A stretch of 64,000 bases of DNA from Bugula neritina. Its lineage: Eukaryota; Animalia; Bryozoa. The stretch is from positions 1,623,628 to 1,687,627 of the forward strand of contig OZ037771.1 in NCBI GenBank assembly GCA_964035545.1. The letters are read 5' to 3'. Shown here piece by piece: positions 1 to 14,497 of the stretch. How positions within the stretch are numbered: position 1 is the stretch's first letter; every line of letters starts with the position of its first letter. Under the pieces are notes generated by a model. It searched no databases. It was not told the origin of the DNA and worked only from the letters and a program-made list of their open reading frames with translations. Both the position numbers and the translations under genes were made by a program.

Positions 1-411
1 TACATAGATTATTTTGGTAGTGAACCAATACCAATAATAATTGCAAATTGACATAAAGTTAAAAGAGAGATTACATAACAATACTTATTGATTTGACACA
101 TGACTTAGTCACAGACTCATGAGCATATTTATTAATATAAAATAACATATTTTATAATAGTTTAAATTATACTACAGATCAATAATATTAGTAGTAGTAG
201 TACCATGAATATAAGATTTAGACAAAACTATAATAAATAATTATAATAGCCAAAGAAATCACATCAAATAAATAATATACAAAATGAAAATTTACAATCA
301 CAATGATCATGATGATGATGACCTGAACTTGAAGCTGATTATGGTGATGATCATGATGATGATAATATTGATTTAATAATTATTACACTCATAATCACAA
401 TGATAGTGACC

Positions 412-600
412 ATGACTATCAGTATCACCATACAATTTTAATATTACTATGCCTATGGTCTATGAGTATGACTATGACTAGTCACTGAGACCGAGTATGA
501 CTATGAGTCTATGACTATGACAGTACATGACTATGACTTTGACTATGACTTGAGTATCAGTATGACTGAGTATGAGTATCAGTATGAGTGAATCAGAATG
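412..600. repeat. Degenerate hexamer array (ATGACT/ATGAGT)n
   Basis: Runs such as atgagtatgactatgact and gactatgagtctatgactatgac. Confidence 0.75.
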
Positions 601-1010
601 TTACAGTTTGAGTTAAACTTAATGTTTATGTTAACATTAAGTTTAACTCACCTCGTAAAAACGAAAATAATATGATAATGTAGGATGATAAAAATTTAAA
701 ATAAATTAATCTATCATACTTTAAGTTTATAAATATAATATAAATTGTAAATATAAGGTAAATTATAATTACCAGTGTTCACTAGGTTGACTTTCAGTTT
801 CAGGTAGTTAGATTTTCATACTTGTGCTTTTGTTATGATCCTCCACGTCAAGAGTTCAAATCGTATAGTATAGTCGAGTTTAACTAGCATAAGTCGATCT
901 TTGACGGCCACTCGTTTGAACACCAGGATTTTAGGCTGCAAAACTCTTGCATTGAAGATAACAACCTTTCCCTGTTTACAAATATACGCATGTGCGCTTT
1001 AATAGCGGAA

Positions 1011-4000
1011 ATGGCCTCGAATTACCAAGCGGTATGTTTTTTCCATTCTCAATCTGATGTTGTAAATGATTTTTTCATATAGCCATTACTTTTGTGGAAC
1101 TTTGTACAAAAGGACCTTTTGATTTTCAATAAATCATATTGTTATGACGTTTATGAATTATGAACAAAAATTGTTATATTCACTTTCATTTTGATTTTCG
1201 AGTTAAACTTTACACTTCAAGTTGAAGTTCCATTTTCATTTTGATTTTGACTTGCATTTACTGACTTAGTCTTACAGTTGAGTTACTCGTAAGCTTAGAG
1301 TTAGTCCTACTCTTGCAGTAAGACTCTTAGTCAAAGACCAACAGTAAGTCTTACACTTACAGACTGTAGCACTAATTGTAATACTTAGTCTTGCTGTATT
1401 TTAATGCTTTAAGTTAAACTTAAACTAAAGTTAATTTTTTGTTGAACTAAGCCTAAGGTGAGGGCTAAGACTAAGAGTAAAAATAAAATTGAATGTTTTG
1501 TAAGTCAAATGTATACAAATTTAGTTTTTAACACTAATGCTAATGGTAATACTAATAGTAATACAAATGCTAATACCAATAATAAATCACTAAATGTAAT
1601 ACCATGTTTTTAATTTAATATTATTAATTATTAAATTTAATGTGAACTTGAATCACACTCAGTCTGACAAGTAACAGTTTATTTAGTTTTAACTAAAGCT
1701 AAATGAGTCAATGATTTTATATTAATATTTTACAAGGTTTATTATTTATTTTTCAATTTAGCTTACTGTGGTCAGGATCCATATAAACATTTGTATTAAT
1801 CATTGTATACATTTAACTTTCAGCTTCAAACGTTATACAATGGCATTTTTATTGGAAAAAATACAAAAAAATGCTGCATTGTTTAATTTGTCACATTTGC
1901 TTTGTTCTGCATTTCAATACTGGTAAAAATTTGGAGCAAGTTACTTAATTTATTGATTTGATATTTTAAAGCTGTTGAAGCAGAATCTTCTGTATGCAAT
2001 TGTGAAAATTTTGTCCAATGAGGGCTACGAACTACCGCCAACTGCTAAAGTATTTTTATGAAAATTCTGGGTATGACTGTCACTGTTATATTTTTAATGG
2101 TAAAAAACTGATCGTATTACTTGCTAAATTTTAGAAAAATCATGACGACTTCAGACAGAAGTGGGACCGTGAGAAGTACGAGAAGTTGGCTGAGGAGCGG
2201 CTGAAGGAGTTGGAGGATGAGGGGAAGGGAAAGAGCTCTGATGAACCGCCGGTGAAAAGGGCGCTTCTCAAGGCTAGGGACTACACAGTAAGTGCAGTAA
2301 AATCATACATAACTAGTATTCTGGTTGAAATAAGAACATCCAGCAGTTTTGTGAGACTCTTTCATCTTAGCTGCTGTAATGAAATTAATGTGGCTAGTTG
2401 CTCTGTTCAAGTAATCAACATTGTGGAGATGAAGATATAGTCTGTATTTTTACGTTAGTATTTCTAGTGAAGGTAAATCTAGTATTTACTGTGTGTTATG
2501 TAGGTAAATCTAGTATTTACTGTGTGTTATGTAGGTAGATCTAGTATTTACTGTGTGTTATGTAGGTAGACCTAGTATTTACTGTGTGTCATGCAGGTAG
2601 ATCTAGTATTTACTGTGTGTCATGCAGGTAGACCTAGAAGGTAAATTAGGCAAATCCCAGGTCATCACTAAGACTACACCATCAGCTGGACAAGGAGGGT
2701 AAGCTCTAACATCTGGCTGTTATTGACTAAGATACATGTCATTCTGTGGATATTCTCTGTGCTCTAAATTGTGTGGTATTTCAGTTTTGTTCTTCTGATT
2801 TTTCTCAAACTCATATGATTTACTATAATTGGGTATATATTCTGTGCAGGTACTACTGCAATGTGTGCGATTGTGTCGTCAAAGACTCCATCAATTATCT
2901 CGACCACATCAATGGGAAAAAACGTGAGTCTCTAACAGCCACTGCTTTAACAGCCCCACTTGCGTACTTTGTTTGTGTGGTTTAGACTTGTTTATGTTTA
3001 CTCCTCCATGCTGTATGTTTCCGGTATTGCTTTTCCACAAGGACTCATAGATAAATTACAATTGCAACTTCAAGTGCATGTGAGAGTTGCCTTCTCAATG
3101 TTGTGGACAGACAACTCCTGTTGTAACATAAAAGCCCTTATTCCACTATGCATTAACCTAGTTTAACACTGAAGCCCTGATATGAAAAGTTCCCCCACTG
3201 TTACTCAGTTTACTGTAACAGTAGCAACCTGCAGAAACTTTCTAAGCATTTCCAGCCTGTTTGTACACACAAAGTATTAAGTGTCTTTCAAGTTTATCTA
3301 AAATGCTGAACTCGAAACATTATCATCAGTTTGGCCATGTTTTGGTGAAGCTGTACGCATTAGAATTCATAAGAAGAAAATAAATTATCTTTAAATGCTC
3401 TCTGTTAAGATATGCTGTTTATTTTTGGAAGCAGAACAGCCCAATGGTCTGATAATTATTCCAGTAACACTTAAATACTCATTGGCCCACATCTCTCCTT
3501 AATGCACATCAATATACACAGAGTAGCTGCTAATGAGTCATCAATAAGTCCTCACAGACATTATAACAGTTATCAGTTTTATTGTTACTCTCTGCATAGA
3601 CACAGCTCCTGCATGCTGCCGAGCTGCCCCAGCTCCTACATGCTGCCTTAGGTATACCTGCACTGCACACCAAGTGATGCGTATACAGTGTTGTGAATTC
3701 TAAAGTCAGCTGTATTCCACTAGTATGACATTAAGTCTCTTTCTAGAAACTGGATTTTATTTAAAAAAAAGGAGTAGTTGCTCTTCAAAACACGTTTTAT
3801 AATTCTCACTACATAATTAGAGACAGCATAGATAAGTTTAATGTTATGTTTTTTTAACTTCACACAGGCTTCTGTCCACACATTGAGACATATTCCATTT
3901 CCACTTGAATTTTCTGTAGAACTCAAAGACCAGTGCAGGTGTTTGTATATGTGTCAGTTGGTTTTGGCTATAGTGACGGGAATGATGCTGTGATGTGATT

Positions 4001-4610
4001 TTAGATCAAAGGAACCTGGGAATGTCCATGAAGGTAGAGAGATCCTCCCTCGAACAGGTGAAGGCCAGGTTTGAGTTGAATAAAAGAAAACAGGAAGAGA
4101 AGAAAAGTGAATATGATTTTAATGAAAGAATGAAGGAACTGCAGGAAGAGGTAATAAATGGACTCACTACTCTTGTGAAAACTATTATTCATGTAATTCA
4201 AAGAATGTTTGAGATTTTCACTTTTATTATGAGTTCGATTACAATGTTTACTCTGTCTGAACTGAGCAGTACATTCAACTCAGAGAGGGGGTGGGGGACC
4301 CTCCCCTCTTCTGCACGCACATGTCTATGCTGAATTCATTCCACTTTATACATCACCTGTTCTGTGGCACAGAGTTGTACTCTATTACTGCAAGTTGACT
4401 ACTTAACACTGGAAGTTGTCTGTCCTTTTTCTTTTAACCTGCTCTGTATTCCAGGAGGAAAAACAAAAGGCATACAGAAAAGAGAGAAGAAAGGAGAAGA
4501 AGCGACAGCACTCTGCCCTGACGGATGATGACGGAGGAGGTGGCATGGATCCACAGATGGCTGCTATGATGGGGTTCAGTGGCTTTGGGGGCAGCTCTAA
4601 AAACAACTGA
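1011..4610 (+). CDS. ZMAT2: Zinc finger matrin-type protein 2 (Snu23 homolog, spliceosomal)
   Basis: Phase-consistent GT-AG exons 1011-1031, 2135-2287, 2628-2698, 2850-2923, 4005-4150, 4455-4610. Translation includes [80 protein letters not shown] and C-terminal [11 protein letters not shown], all ZMAT2 hallmarks. AATAAA at ~4638. Confidence 0.96.
2473..2637 (+). repeat. 31-bp minisatellite (5 copies) made of the ZMAT2 intron 2/exon 3 junction
   Basis: Units of GTA(A/G)A(T/C)CTAGTATTTACTGTGTGT(T/C)ATG(T/C)AG start at 2473, 2504, 2535, 2566 and 2597; exon 3 starts GTAGACCTAG at 2628. Confidence 0.95.
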
Positions 4611-7600
4611 ACTCTATTGACACTTTTTATAGAATTTAATAAAATTTGTACATAGTGTAAAAATGATTGTGTTTTCTGAATGCAAGTGTGTTGCTATAGC
4701 AACGGTTAGGAAGTTATTCAAATAGTGGTATTTGACCTTAAGAATGTTATTTTCCTAATTATATTTTACTTTGTAATTTAATAAACTGTCGTGACATCAC
4801 CATCAGCATTGTTATGTTACTTTATAATGTGAAGTGAGTTTATTCAGTGTTGTCTGCTCATGTTTGCTCCTCTTCCTGGTGTCACACTAGGGGTGGCAGG
4901 TGTTCTTCCCCTTTCTGCTGTTTCTTGAGGTTTTCAGGCTTAAATATAATATTTAAGTAGGTTTACATTCTCTGGTTGCTGCAGTTTTACTCATGTTTAA
5001 TATAAGTCAGTGAATTTAAAAGCTAATTCTAGGATACTGTGGCAGTCCAGGCTATGGGGTATTAGCATTTGGTTTCTCATAAGATTTCTTCATGCCACGG
5101 TATCTTTCCGTCTTCATTCAATGCATCTCATATAAACATTGGAATTTTTGGTCCATCATGTTTTAATACTTCTTGGATTGCAGATCTTTATGCACATATG
5201 CGTCACTCAGTCTCTTAGGCTTTTTGTCTCTTGCTGCATTGTGTGTTATTGCGTTGAAAAGTCTGTAACTTGGAAACATGGAACTATATTATATACTAAT
5301 CTCATTTAGCTATCCTCTTCAATACTTTTTATACATATAAGTAATATTTTAATATAAAAACATTTTAAAACTTCCATGTCAAACCAACTATCTAGTTACC
5401 TGCTTACATTGCTGCAACATGTTTTTGCATACCCCCATATTACTTGTTATCGAATATATTATGCACTGTGTGTATACAAAATTATTATATATACTTTACA
5501 AGTATATTATATATGGTTAATATCTTTACGAGGATTAACCTGTATCATTTGTCTTCCCTTTGTGTTTGTACAGTTGAAACATTACCCTAAGTGCCTATAG
5601 GCTTCTAATTAACCTGTCCTAGCCATGTCAAAACCTACTTTCTTAAGACCCTGAACTTTATTACCTATCCTCCGTACCGGGCGTTAGCAGATCCCCCACT
5701 AAAGTCTAATCCCCTGGTGCCCATTGAACTACACCCAGTCTGAGAATTAGGCAACGGAATATTGGGTGGTGAGTGGTTTTTTGGGCTTTGTTTACCCAAA
5801 GTTTTAGAACATTGTGTACAGCTATGTGCAGAGCTCTCACAACCTTAATCTGTTTACACAAACTATATTTACTACAAGCAGTGGCTATGTATTACAGAAC
5901 CATACACAATGCTATTGTGATGCCAGCAACTTATTATGTAGTCTCCGGTAATCGCAGGTCATTCGGCAAACAGCGTCTACTTGCACCGCAGTTTCCTGCT
6001 GCAACCGCTGACCAACCCTCTCTGAAAGCTAAAGGTAAGCATTTGTAGCATACTGGGGGATAGGGTAGAGGGGGTGGAAAGACTTTTAAAAGTATAGTTT
6101 TCAAACTATATGTCTAGTATGTTTGAAACTTATTAGGTCAGTATTTTACTTGCTTATATATCCGGAGACTTCCATTTTAAATCAAAGTCTTAAGTCACTT
6201 AGGTAGTCCTTAGGCTACTCAATCCAAATCAAAGTCTAAGAAAGTTTGAGTACTAACACTGCTACATATGCCATCTTATCTTGAAATGATTCCAGTAACA
6301 TGGTAGTTATGTAAATATTTTCTAGCATTCTCTGCAGGTTACTGCCTGCCAGTGATTAGAGCCTTCCCCAACTGCTGTTTTAGTTTTGTAGAACATAAAA
6401 TGCATTCTGATAGACAATTGGCATTCGTTACAAGTCTACAATGCTAACTCAAAATCTATAATATTCACTCTATAAGTCTACAATATTATTCACTCTCAGT
6501 ATACAGTATACGTTCTAAGTCTAAATTATGCACTCTAATTTTACAGCATTCATTTTAAGTATGCAACATTCACTCTAAGTCTACAATATGCACACTATAA
6601 TAGTCACTTCAAGTCTATAAAAATGTCAAAAAATCATTAACTGACACAATTGTTATGCCTGCCACTACAAGACACTCATGAATACTCTAGCATGCTCCAA
6701 CCTAGGACTACCTCACCCTTAATAGCTCCGGCAACAGGCCATGTTGGTTTCAGCGAATCAGAGGCCACGACTCACGCTTGTTTTATATTAACTCTCTGAA
6801 ACAAAAGAGAGCTGGTGAAGGAAAACAACTTCAAGAATGCTTGCCATTTGGTTGTCCAGACATGCGTAGAGAATGAGATAAAAAAGGATATTGCTTGCAA
6901 TCAATCTCTTTGAATTTTCAGTGCTCGTGTCACACAATTGCTTGATATGTTTATTTCCTGTTTCCCCCTATAATTCAGTACTATAGAGCTCATTTATTCT
7001 TGGAAACCATTACTGAGGAAATCTCTTTAAAGTTTAGCGTATAATACCATCATCAGAGCTACTTAGCTTTTACTTGATCTCTTTCTCCTCAACCCTTAGT
7101 TCTGCTGAAACATTAAATGCTCCTTTTCTTATCTCTCATAAATTGAGTAAAGTTAGGTTCTAAGGCTGAATAGTTTGGCCCCTTTACAGTTACTCACTTC
7201 CTAATCCTAATTTATTTGATATGATGCGAAATATATTCCACTAAACTATTATACTATTATATATTCTACTTAATTACTATATTATATAGCTGTACATTAT
7301 TTCATGCTCAAACATAATAATATTCTCTGATAACAACACCTAGTCAGCTGTATCGGCAGCACCTCTGTATGTCGGCTTTGCGGTCAGCTTCTTCTCTGGT
7401 TGTCTCTCCCTCCATGGCTTTCTGTGAACAGGATCTTGTCAGCATCGTGAGTTCCATCTTTCTTACCTCTTTTTCAAGTGTTCATTTGTAGCCAGCTTGC
7501 ATTGCATGATGTGAAACACACAGTATACAATATAAAATCTTTTCATAAGTTTAAATATTTAATGAATTATGTAAAGTATACTAAACATAACATAGACAGG

Positions 7601-7709
7601 ACTACAGCACTACAGCTGTCTAAGTGAAAAGTATCAACTATAACATATATGCATCAGATATGACTTAATACCTATAGGATATAAAGTAAGATATAGGTAA
7701 GATAGGTAA

Positions 7710-7775
7710 TGTATGCATGCATGCATGCGTGCGAGCGCGCGTGTGCAGTGTGTGTGTGTGTGTGCAGTGTGTGTG

Positions 7776-7816
<41 letters not shown>

Positions 7817-7823
7817 GTGTGTG

Positions 7824-7854
<31 letters not shown>

Positions 7855-8053
7855 CAGTGTGTGTGTGTGTGTGTGTGTGCGTGTGTGCAGTGTGTGCAGC
7901 GTGTGCAGTGTGTGTGTGTGTGCAGTGTGTGTGTGTGCAGTGTGTGTGTGTGCAGTGTGTGTGTGTGCGTGTGTGTGTGTGTGCGTGTGTGCAGTGTGTG
8001 TGTGTGTGTGTGCGTGCGTGCGTGCGTGTGTGTGTGCACACAGTGTGTGTGCG

Positions 8054-8099
<46 letters not shown>

Positions 8100-8107
8100 G
8101 TGCAGTG

Positions 8108-8139
<32 letters not shown>

Positions 8140-8275
8140 TGTGTGCGTGTGTGTGTGTGTGTGTGTGCACAGTGTGTGCGTACAGTGTGTGTGCGTACAG
8201 TGTGTGTGCGTGTGCAGTGTGTACAGTGTGTGCAGTGTGTGCAGTGTGTGCAGTGTGTGCAGTGTTTGTGTGTGT
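7710..8275. repeat. Compound (GT)n microsatellite interrupted by GCA/GC units
   Basis: Visible tgtgtgcagtgtgt arrays; source of spurious HT/CV ORFs. Confidence 0.97.
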
Positions 8276-9346
8276 AATCTATTCACAAAATTATTGAAAA
8301 ACATTTAATAAATAAATGCTGCTAATTTGATAAAAATAGTGTTTTGGTGTGCTAATATATACGGTGACAATAGGTCAGGAGTTGTTTACCCTTGCTCTAG
8401 CTGATACTAACACTGAACGTAAGTTTAAAAGGTTATACAAGCTGAGTATATACCACAGTATAATGACATCAGTATTTATAGCTTTAGCACTTTATTATGC
8501 AGCACTTAACATGCATTACAGCAGAATAATTTACTAGAGACTAGTCTAATAATTTAGTTTGAAATAATATGTAATATTATATTAATAATATTATAATACA
8601 TTGATAGTTTAATTTGAGTGGATTGTTGTTTATATTAACTAATAAAACCTTAGAAGTCAGAAAAACTAATGTTGCAAATTTTGAAAGCTTTATTTTCAAC
8701 CAAGTTAGCCAAATCTATCCTTTACAAGAAGCATGTATAAACTTTTATATAAATTTAGAGTTTTCCTTCCAAAAGACTGGGAGGTATTCCCATTAAAATG
8801 TAAACAATCAATACTATGTAGTAACACTTTTAATTACCTGCGTACCAGATTTATCCACTTCACCCACTCACCCCTCATTACTGTAGATTAATCTTAACAA
8901 TGTGTTTACACAATCACTGTGATAACTACATTTATAACATAATCATCGCTGCCTGCCTTATGCCCCTCTATCGGCAGCAATTCCAATACACAGACAAAGA
9001 ATGTAAATTACCCCGCAGCCGCCATATTTGCGCCGTTGGTGAATAAAACAGATTTAGCTAGTTTTATTGTAAAAATAAATATTGAGTGCACTGTAATGGC
9101 ATGCAGCTATATCTGTGGGTATATTTTTACCATTTGTGTGTATTTATAACATGGCTGTTGCCAACTCACTTTTCTGCTCCTAATAAATTTCTTTCAATGG
9201 CAGTTTCTGATAGTTTTGAGATACAAAGCCATCTCAGGCCATAGCTAAACTAAACTATAGTTGAAGGTGTGAATAATGACTCCAGATGAGGCCTAATTAT
9301 ATCTACCAATAACTGAATCCCAGCTTGGTGCTGTATTTACTAAATC

Positions 9347-9575
<229 letters not shown>

Positions 9576-12500
9576 CTAAAATGTTACATAACATACTAAA
9601 AAGTTCTCACGCTTTAGAAGGATAAGATATGGACTTGAGTATTCCTACAGTAGTTGTCCTCCAGCCTCTCTTGTCCACTAGACACAGTTATTATAGAATT
9701 CAAAATAATCTCTTGTATGCACCTTTTTATTTCGTGCTTTCCTTAGAATGGGAAGTTATTTAAACTGACTTATAAAGATAATTGGAGCTGCTATAAGCAT
9801 AAATGGATTCACACAACATTTGCATTTTCTTTGTGCTTGTCCTAAATTCTACAAGTCTATTAACAACTCCATTTTCTCAAAGCTCTAATCTGACAATGAG
9901 GTGTAGAGTTGTTGAATACATTGAATACTAATCACCAATTACATAATAATTAAAAGTGAAAGAAAACAGAAATCGAATGGGAGGGGGAGAAGGGGGAGGG
10001 AGAAAGAAGGATGGCAAAGCTATATTACATAATTCTTACAATCTTTGCTGCAATGAATGTAGAATTTTATAATAAATTAATGTAATACCTTGTCACTACA
10101 ATCTAATTTACATTTACTACTCTTACATTTCCACAGCCCTCTTTTTGTTCTATCTACCAAATAATAACCTTAGGAAAGTTACATATTGGACAGAAATGCA
10201 AGAGACACTAGTTACTGTGTGCCAACTTGGTACGTCTTTTTATTAATACTATAAGCCCAGGGCCTGCCGGCTTTACAGCAAGCTACTGATGATACTTTTA
10301 GTAGATAAATTGTACAAGGAAAGAAAAGCTTTCACCTGCACGTGCCCCTTGGTCTGCTACATGCATTTCCACTTGTAATCTGCTCATCATTATTACTCCC
10401 AGCTATTTTATGTCTATCATTCACTAAATTGCCAGTCGGATATACCTATGCACTTGATTAATAAAGAGGTGTATAAACTCTTTCAGCGCTAATTGGGGGG
10501 AGGCCATACTTATTAGATTCTCCATATGTTTTACAAAATCTTTCTGTTTAAAGCACACTGAAATGGTAATACTTATTTTTAGAGTTATCTTAGCCATTTT
10601 TGTTGTGTTTGTTGAATTTTAAGTGGAATCAGTGATGTTGCTGCCATAGGTGATGTCGGTAGCTCAGTCCACCCTATGAGTACTTCGGCAGCATTGTTTA
10701 GCATTGTGTCAGTGTATTAGTTCATCTTAATGAGCAGACGCTGCTAGGTACGTCTATTCTCTCCAATCAGAGCTAACCTACGAATCAGTTCTCAGTTAGA
10801 CTCTTCGAATCACTTTGGATTACTAGCGATCTAAAGTTTCTGCTACTTTTCTTGCTGAAAACTTTCAGGTTGGAGTAAAACGAGGTTAGTGTTTTTTTTC
10901 TTGTGAATTTTTCTCCCTGTAAGTTCATAGTTCATCATTAGAATTAATAGCTTTGCATTTTTTAATAAGTCGAGTCAACTAATAAACACCTTTAATAGTT
11001 AGTTGAATTCAACTTAATTTGAAGTGGGCCTTCTAGATACCCCCTTTGCATAATATGCCATCTAAGTTAACCTCAGTAACAACTATAGGCCTTTCTTAAT
11101 TTCTTTTAAGCAACAAAACTATATCTTTATCCATTATAGTATTTTAATCATATCGAGTAATTATAGCTTTTATTGTATTCAATGGAATTTGAAATATCCC
11201 AAACTTATACTTATATAATAACTACGTTACTAAGTCCAACCTACTTTATATTTATCTTTAAAGATGTCACACTCAGCTTTCTTATACCTGAGAAATTAAT
11301 TTCTGATTGGTTTGAAAAAGTAGTAATAAAGTGAAATTTGCATTACGCCAGAAGTTGTTACATGATAATATTAGTCACAGAATACAAACTTCAATCCAAT
11401 TACACCGAGTTAAATTTTTCAGCTTTTATGCAAAAGAGAACATACAATCCACTCTATTCCAATAAATTTAATGAGCCTATTTAGGCCATGACACATTCAC
11501 TGATTGATTTTCATGCCTTAAACTGGTTATTAAATTTTAAATAAAGTAATATCAATTTTGTATAGCCTACAATATATATGTTATTCAGGAAAAGTTATCA
11601 CGGTTTAGAAGTTTATAAGTTAATAGTTAATACTGCTTTTTGATGCTTGTTGACTATTCTCACCTGCTCACTAAGAACACTATGATTATCTAACTCTATG
11701 TGATATCAGTGTAGTGCCTGCTATGGTTAATGCTGCATGCTCCAAAATCAAAGCACATCATTACATATTTAAAATTTTGGCAATAGAATAATGCATAGGT
11801 TTTCGTCTACGAACTGCACATTTATAAACATGTAATATTATAGGAAAAATTAAAAAAATTATGACTAAATTCAATGTTCTCTTTTAGAAACAGAAAATTA
11901 ATTAATAATTGGTTTTCATACTCATTTTCAACAAAAAATTACTTTTGTTGCTTTTGTATATTAATATATAAAGCTATATTTTACAAAGACAATACCAAGT
12001 ATGCATGTTGTTTGGTTGGCGAATACAATGCTAAAGAAAATTTTTTTCTCTAAATAAATAAAAAACTGCCACTTCAAAACAGATTTTTAGAGAAACAAAA
12101 AAGGCTTCTGTTCAAAGTTATTGTTCTTTTTTGCAATGGCCTAAAATATAATATATATTGCTGGTGTCCATTAGCTGCACTTTTCACTTGTAATGGCTGA
12201 AACTGGCCAAAACTCTGTGTGGCATTTGGCCAGATACATTGTGGCTATTTGGTTACATTCTTGTGTCAGAATGAAGTGTATAATTTTGTTATGAGTAGAA
12301 TTTCTGCAAGTCTAAAATGGTAGATTAAATCTACAGTAGATCTACAGTAAATCACTGCTCTGTATTACTATAACCCTTCTGTAAGTACTCTAACTTAAGT
12401 CTACAACTAGTTTGTACAGTAGGTTTGGGAGTGACTTGAACATAACATTATAAACTATGATATTATATTGTACAAGATTGTTGCAAAGTCATAGGTTTAA

Positions 12501-13955
12501 GTTCTACAGTAGGCCTATGCTTCTACAGAATATATCTAGAAAGTCTGCGAACCATCTATAAAAGTTAACAGATTATGGGCAGAATGATGCCTAAAAGAAC
12601 TATGTATTATCTATGTGCTCTTCCATGTTGTCTGCTGCTAATTTCCTGGAGAATGATGTAATCTCTAATAATGCTAATGTTCTTTTGATCCAATTATTTT
12701 AATTAATTTTATTCAAGTATAGGCTCACCCTAATAAGCAGTAACAGCTCTCATTCTGACTGGCTAGTTGCATTCTGAAAGGAATTAAAATAGCTGTGGAA
12801 TTAGTTCTGCTGTAAAGAGCTGGATATCTGCTACAGCCATCACTCATTCGTGTGGCGGGTTTGACATTTAAATTTTAGCACCAGATTTTATTATGAAGTC
12901 ACCGTCCTGGCTTTTCTCCAAGCTGTCAGATTTTGTTGTGAAGTACAGGTTACACAGTACGCAGTATAGAGTACACAGTAAACAGCACAGTACAGAGTAC
13001 ATAGTAACAAATGCAGTTTCGTTTCTTTTAGTATGTCTTATAATGAGTTGCAAAAAAGGTGGTGGTGACTAATTACTGTGACTAATGACTATAAAAACTG
13101 TGACTATTGACTACTGACTGATTGAAGCAATATGTCAAGTTTATTATTCACACTGAAAGTGTTGAAATATATTCCAAGCAGTCATAGGTTTAGGTGTTGA
13201 TTCTAGAAAGTTCGAGTAGCTTTGTTTGAGTGGTAACTTAGTTGAAAATAAGTTTCACTTATTTATAATTTGTTGAAAACTGCTGATAGTTAACAAGACT
13301 TCTCATGAATCCTGACACATAACTTTCTTATTTGAACTCATCGAAAATCATTTTATTTGAAGTTATTTCCCCACATTTGTAGGCAATATTTTTAGCGTTT
13401 TCAGACATGGACTACACACATTCTAGAGATGCCAGCTACATAGTCAGACTAGAGTCTGTTGAACACTCGTATGTTAACACTTAATACGCTAAACAGCTCT
13501 ACACTCAGCGTAATCTACAATAATATGCTCGTTTATATACCACTTTCAGATAAATCAACTTACTCATAGCAAAATGTCAGTTTGTATACAACCTACTGCG
13601 TAAATATTTGACTCGTAAAGAGGAAATCTGCTGGAATACAGGTGCTAAGGCTTACTTTTAACACATGTTGCTCTTGTAAATGTTTAGCCTCAGCTCCTAA
13701 TAGCTTATTATCGAACAGGAATGACCTGATTAGTGAAAGGTAGCACACTTCACTTGACATCCTAATTAATTGATTGGATTTTATGGCTAATTATTCAAAG
13801 GCAAATATTCTAACCAGCAGAGAAAGGGTCTTGATGTAAAGTTAACAACTATTTATCTCACAAGAAATCTTTGGCAGCGTGTGGCAGCCTGGGTTATATA
13901 ATTACCACAAGTTTAGTTGAACTTTAGTTATGAACTTAAGAAAATGCGCCTTTTA

Positions 13956-14071
<116 letters not shown>

Positions 14072-14335
14072 TTCTCCCTCACACTACTGTAATCATTAAC
14101 TGATGAAGGCTTACAGAGTATGCTATGCTTCTACCTGGGACAAAGTCTATTTAGAAACACCATGGTGTCTAAAACTTGGTGTTTAGTATCAATTGCCCAG
14201 TTTTGTTGAAATCATACACCTGAATCATACCTGGGGAACTTGTAGAATAAATTTAAGCTCTGTGAAAAGTTTTGGTGCTTTTGAACAGATTCGAGACCAG
14301 AAATTTTAGCAAATGTGAACAGCTGTAAGAGTATT

Positions 14336-14497
14336 TAGGAGCAGTAGCGGAGAAATTGAGATAGCCTAAGCTCTTTAAATTTCTTTATAAATTTTGGTTA
14401 GGGGCTCGGGTTAAAATTCTTCTGAGAACATAACTTCTTTTGCTGCATTTCTAATTTAAAACACAGGCTTTTCTCAATTTCTCCTTTACTGCACCTA
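14336..14497. mobile_element. Possible degenerate MITE-like element
   Basis: Inverted arms TAGGAGCAGTAGCGGAGAAATTGAGA (14336-14361) and TCTCAATTTCTCCTTTACTGCACCTA (14472-14497) match at 23/26. An internal motif GAGA(A/G)CATAACTTCTTTTGC recurs at 29261-29280. Confidence 0.4.

Noticed and set aside
772-955. Divergent coding first exon on the minus strand
   Set aside because: Each ATG-initiated frame stops before the donor-like site; at most a non-coding exon.
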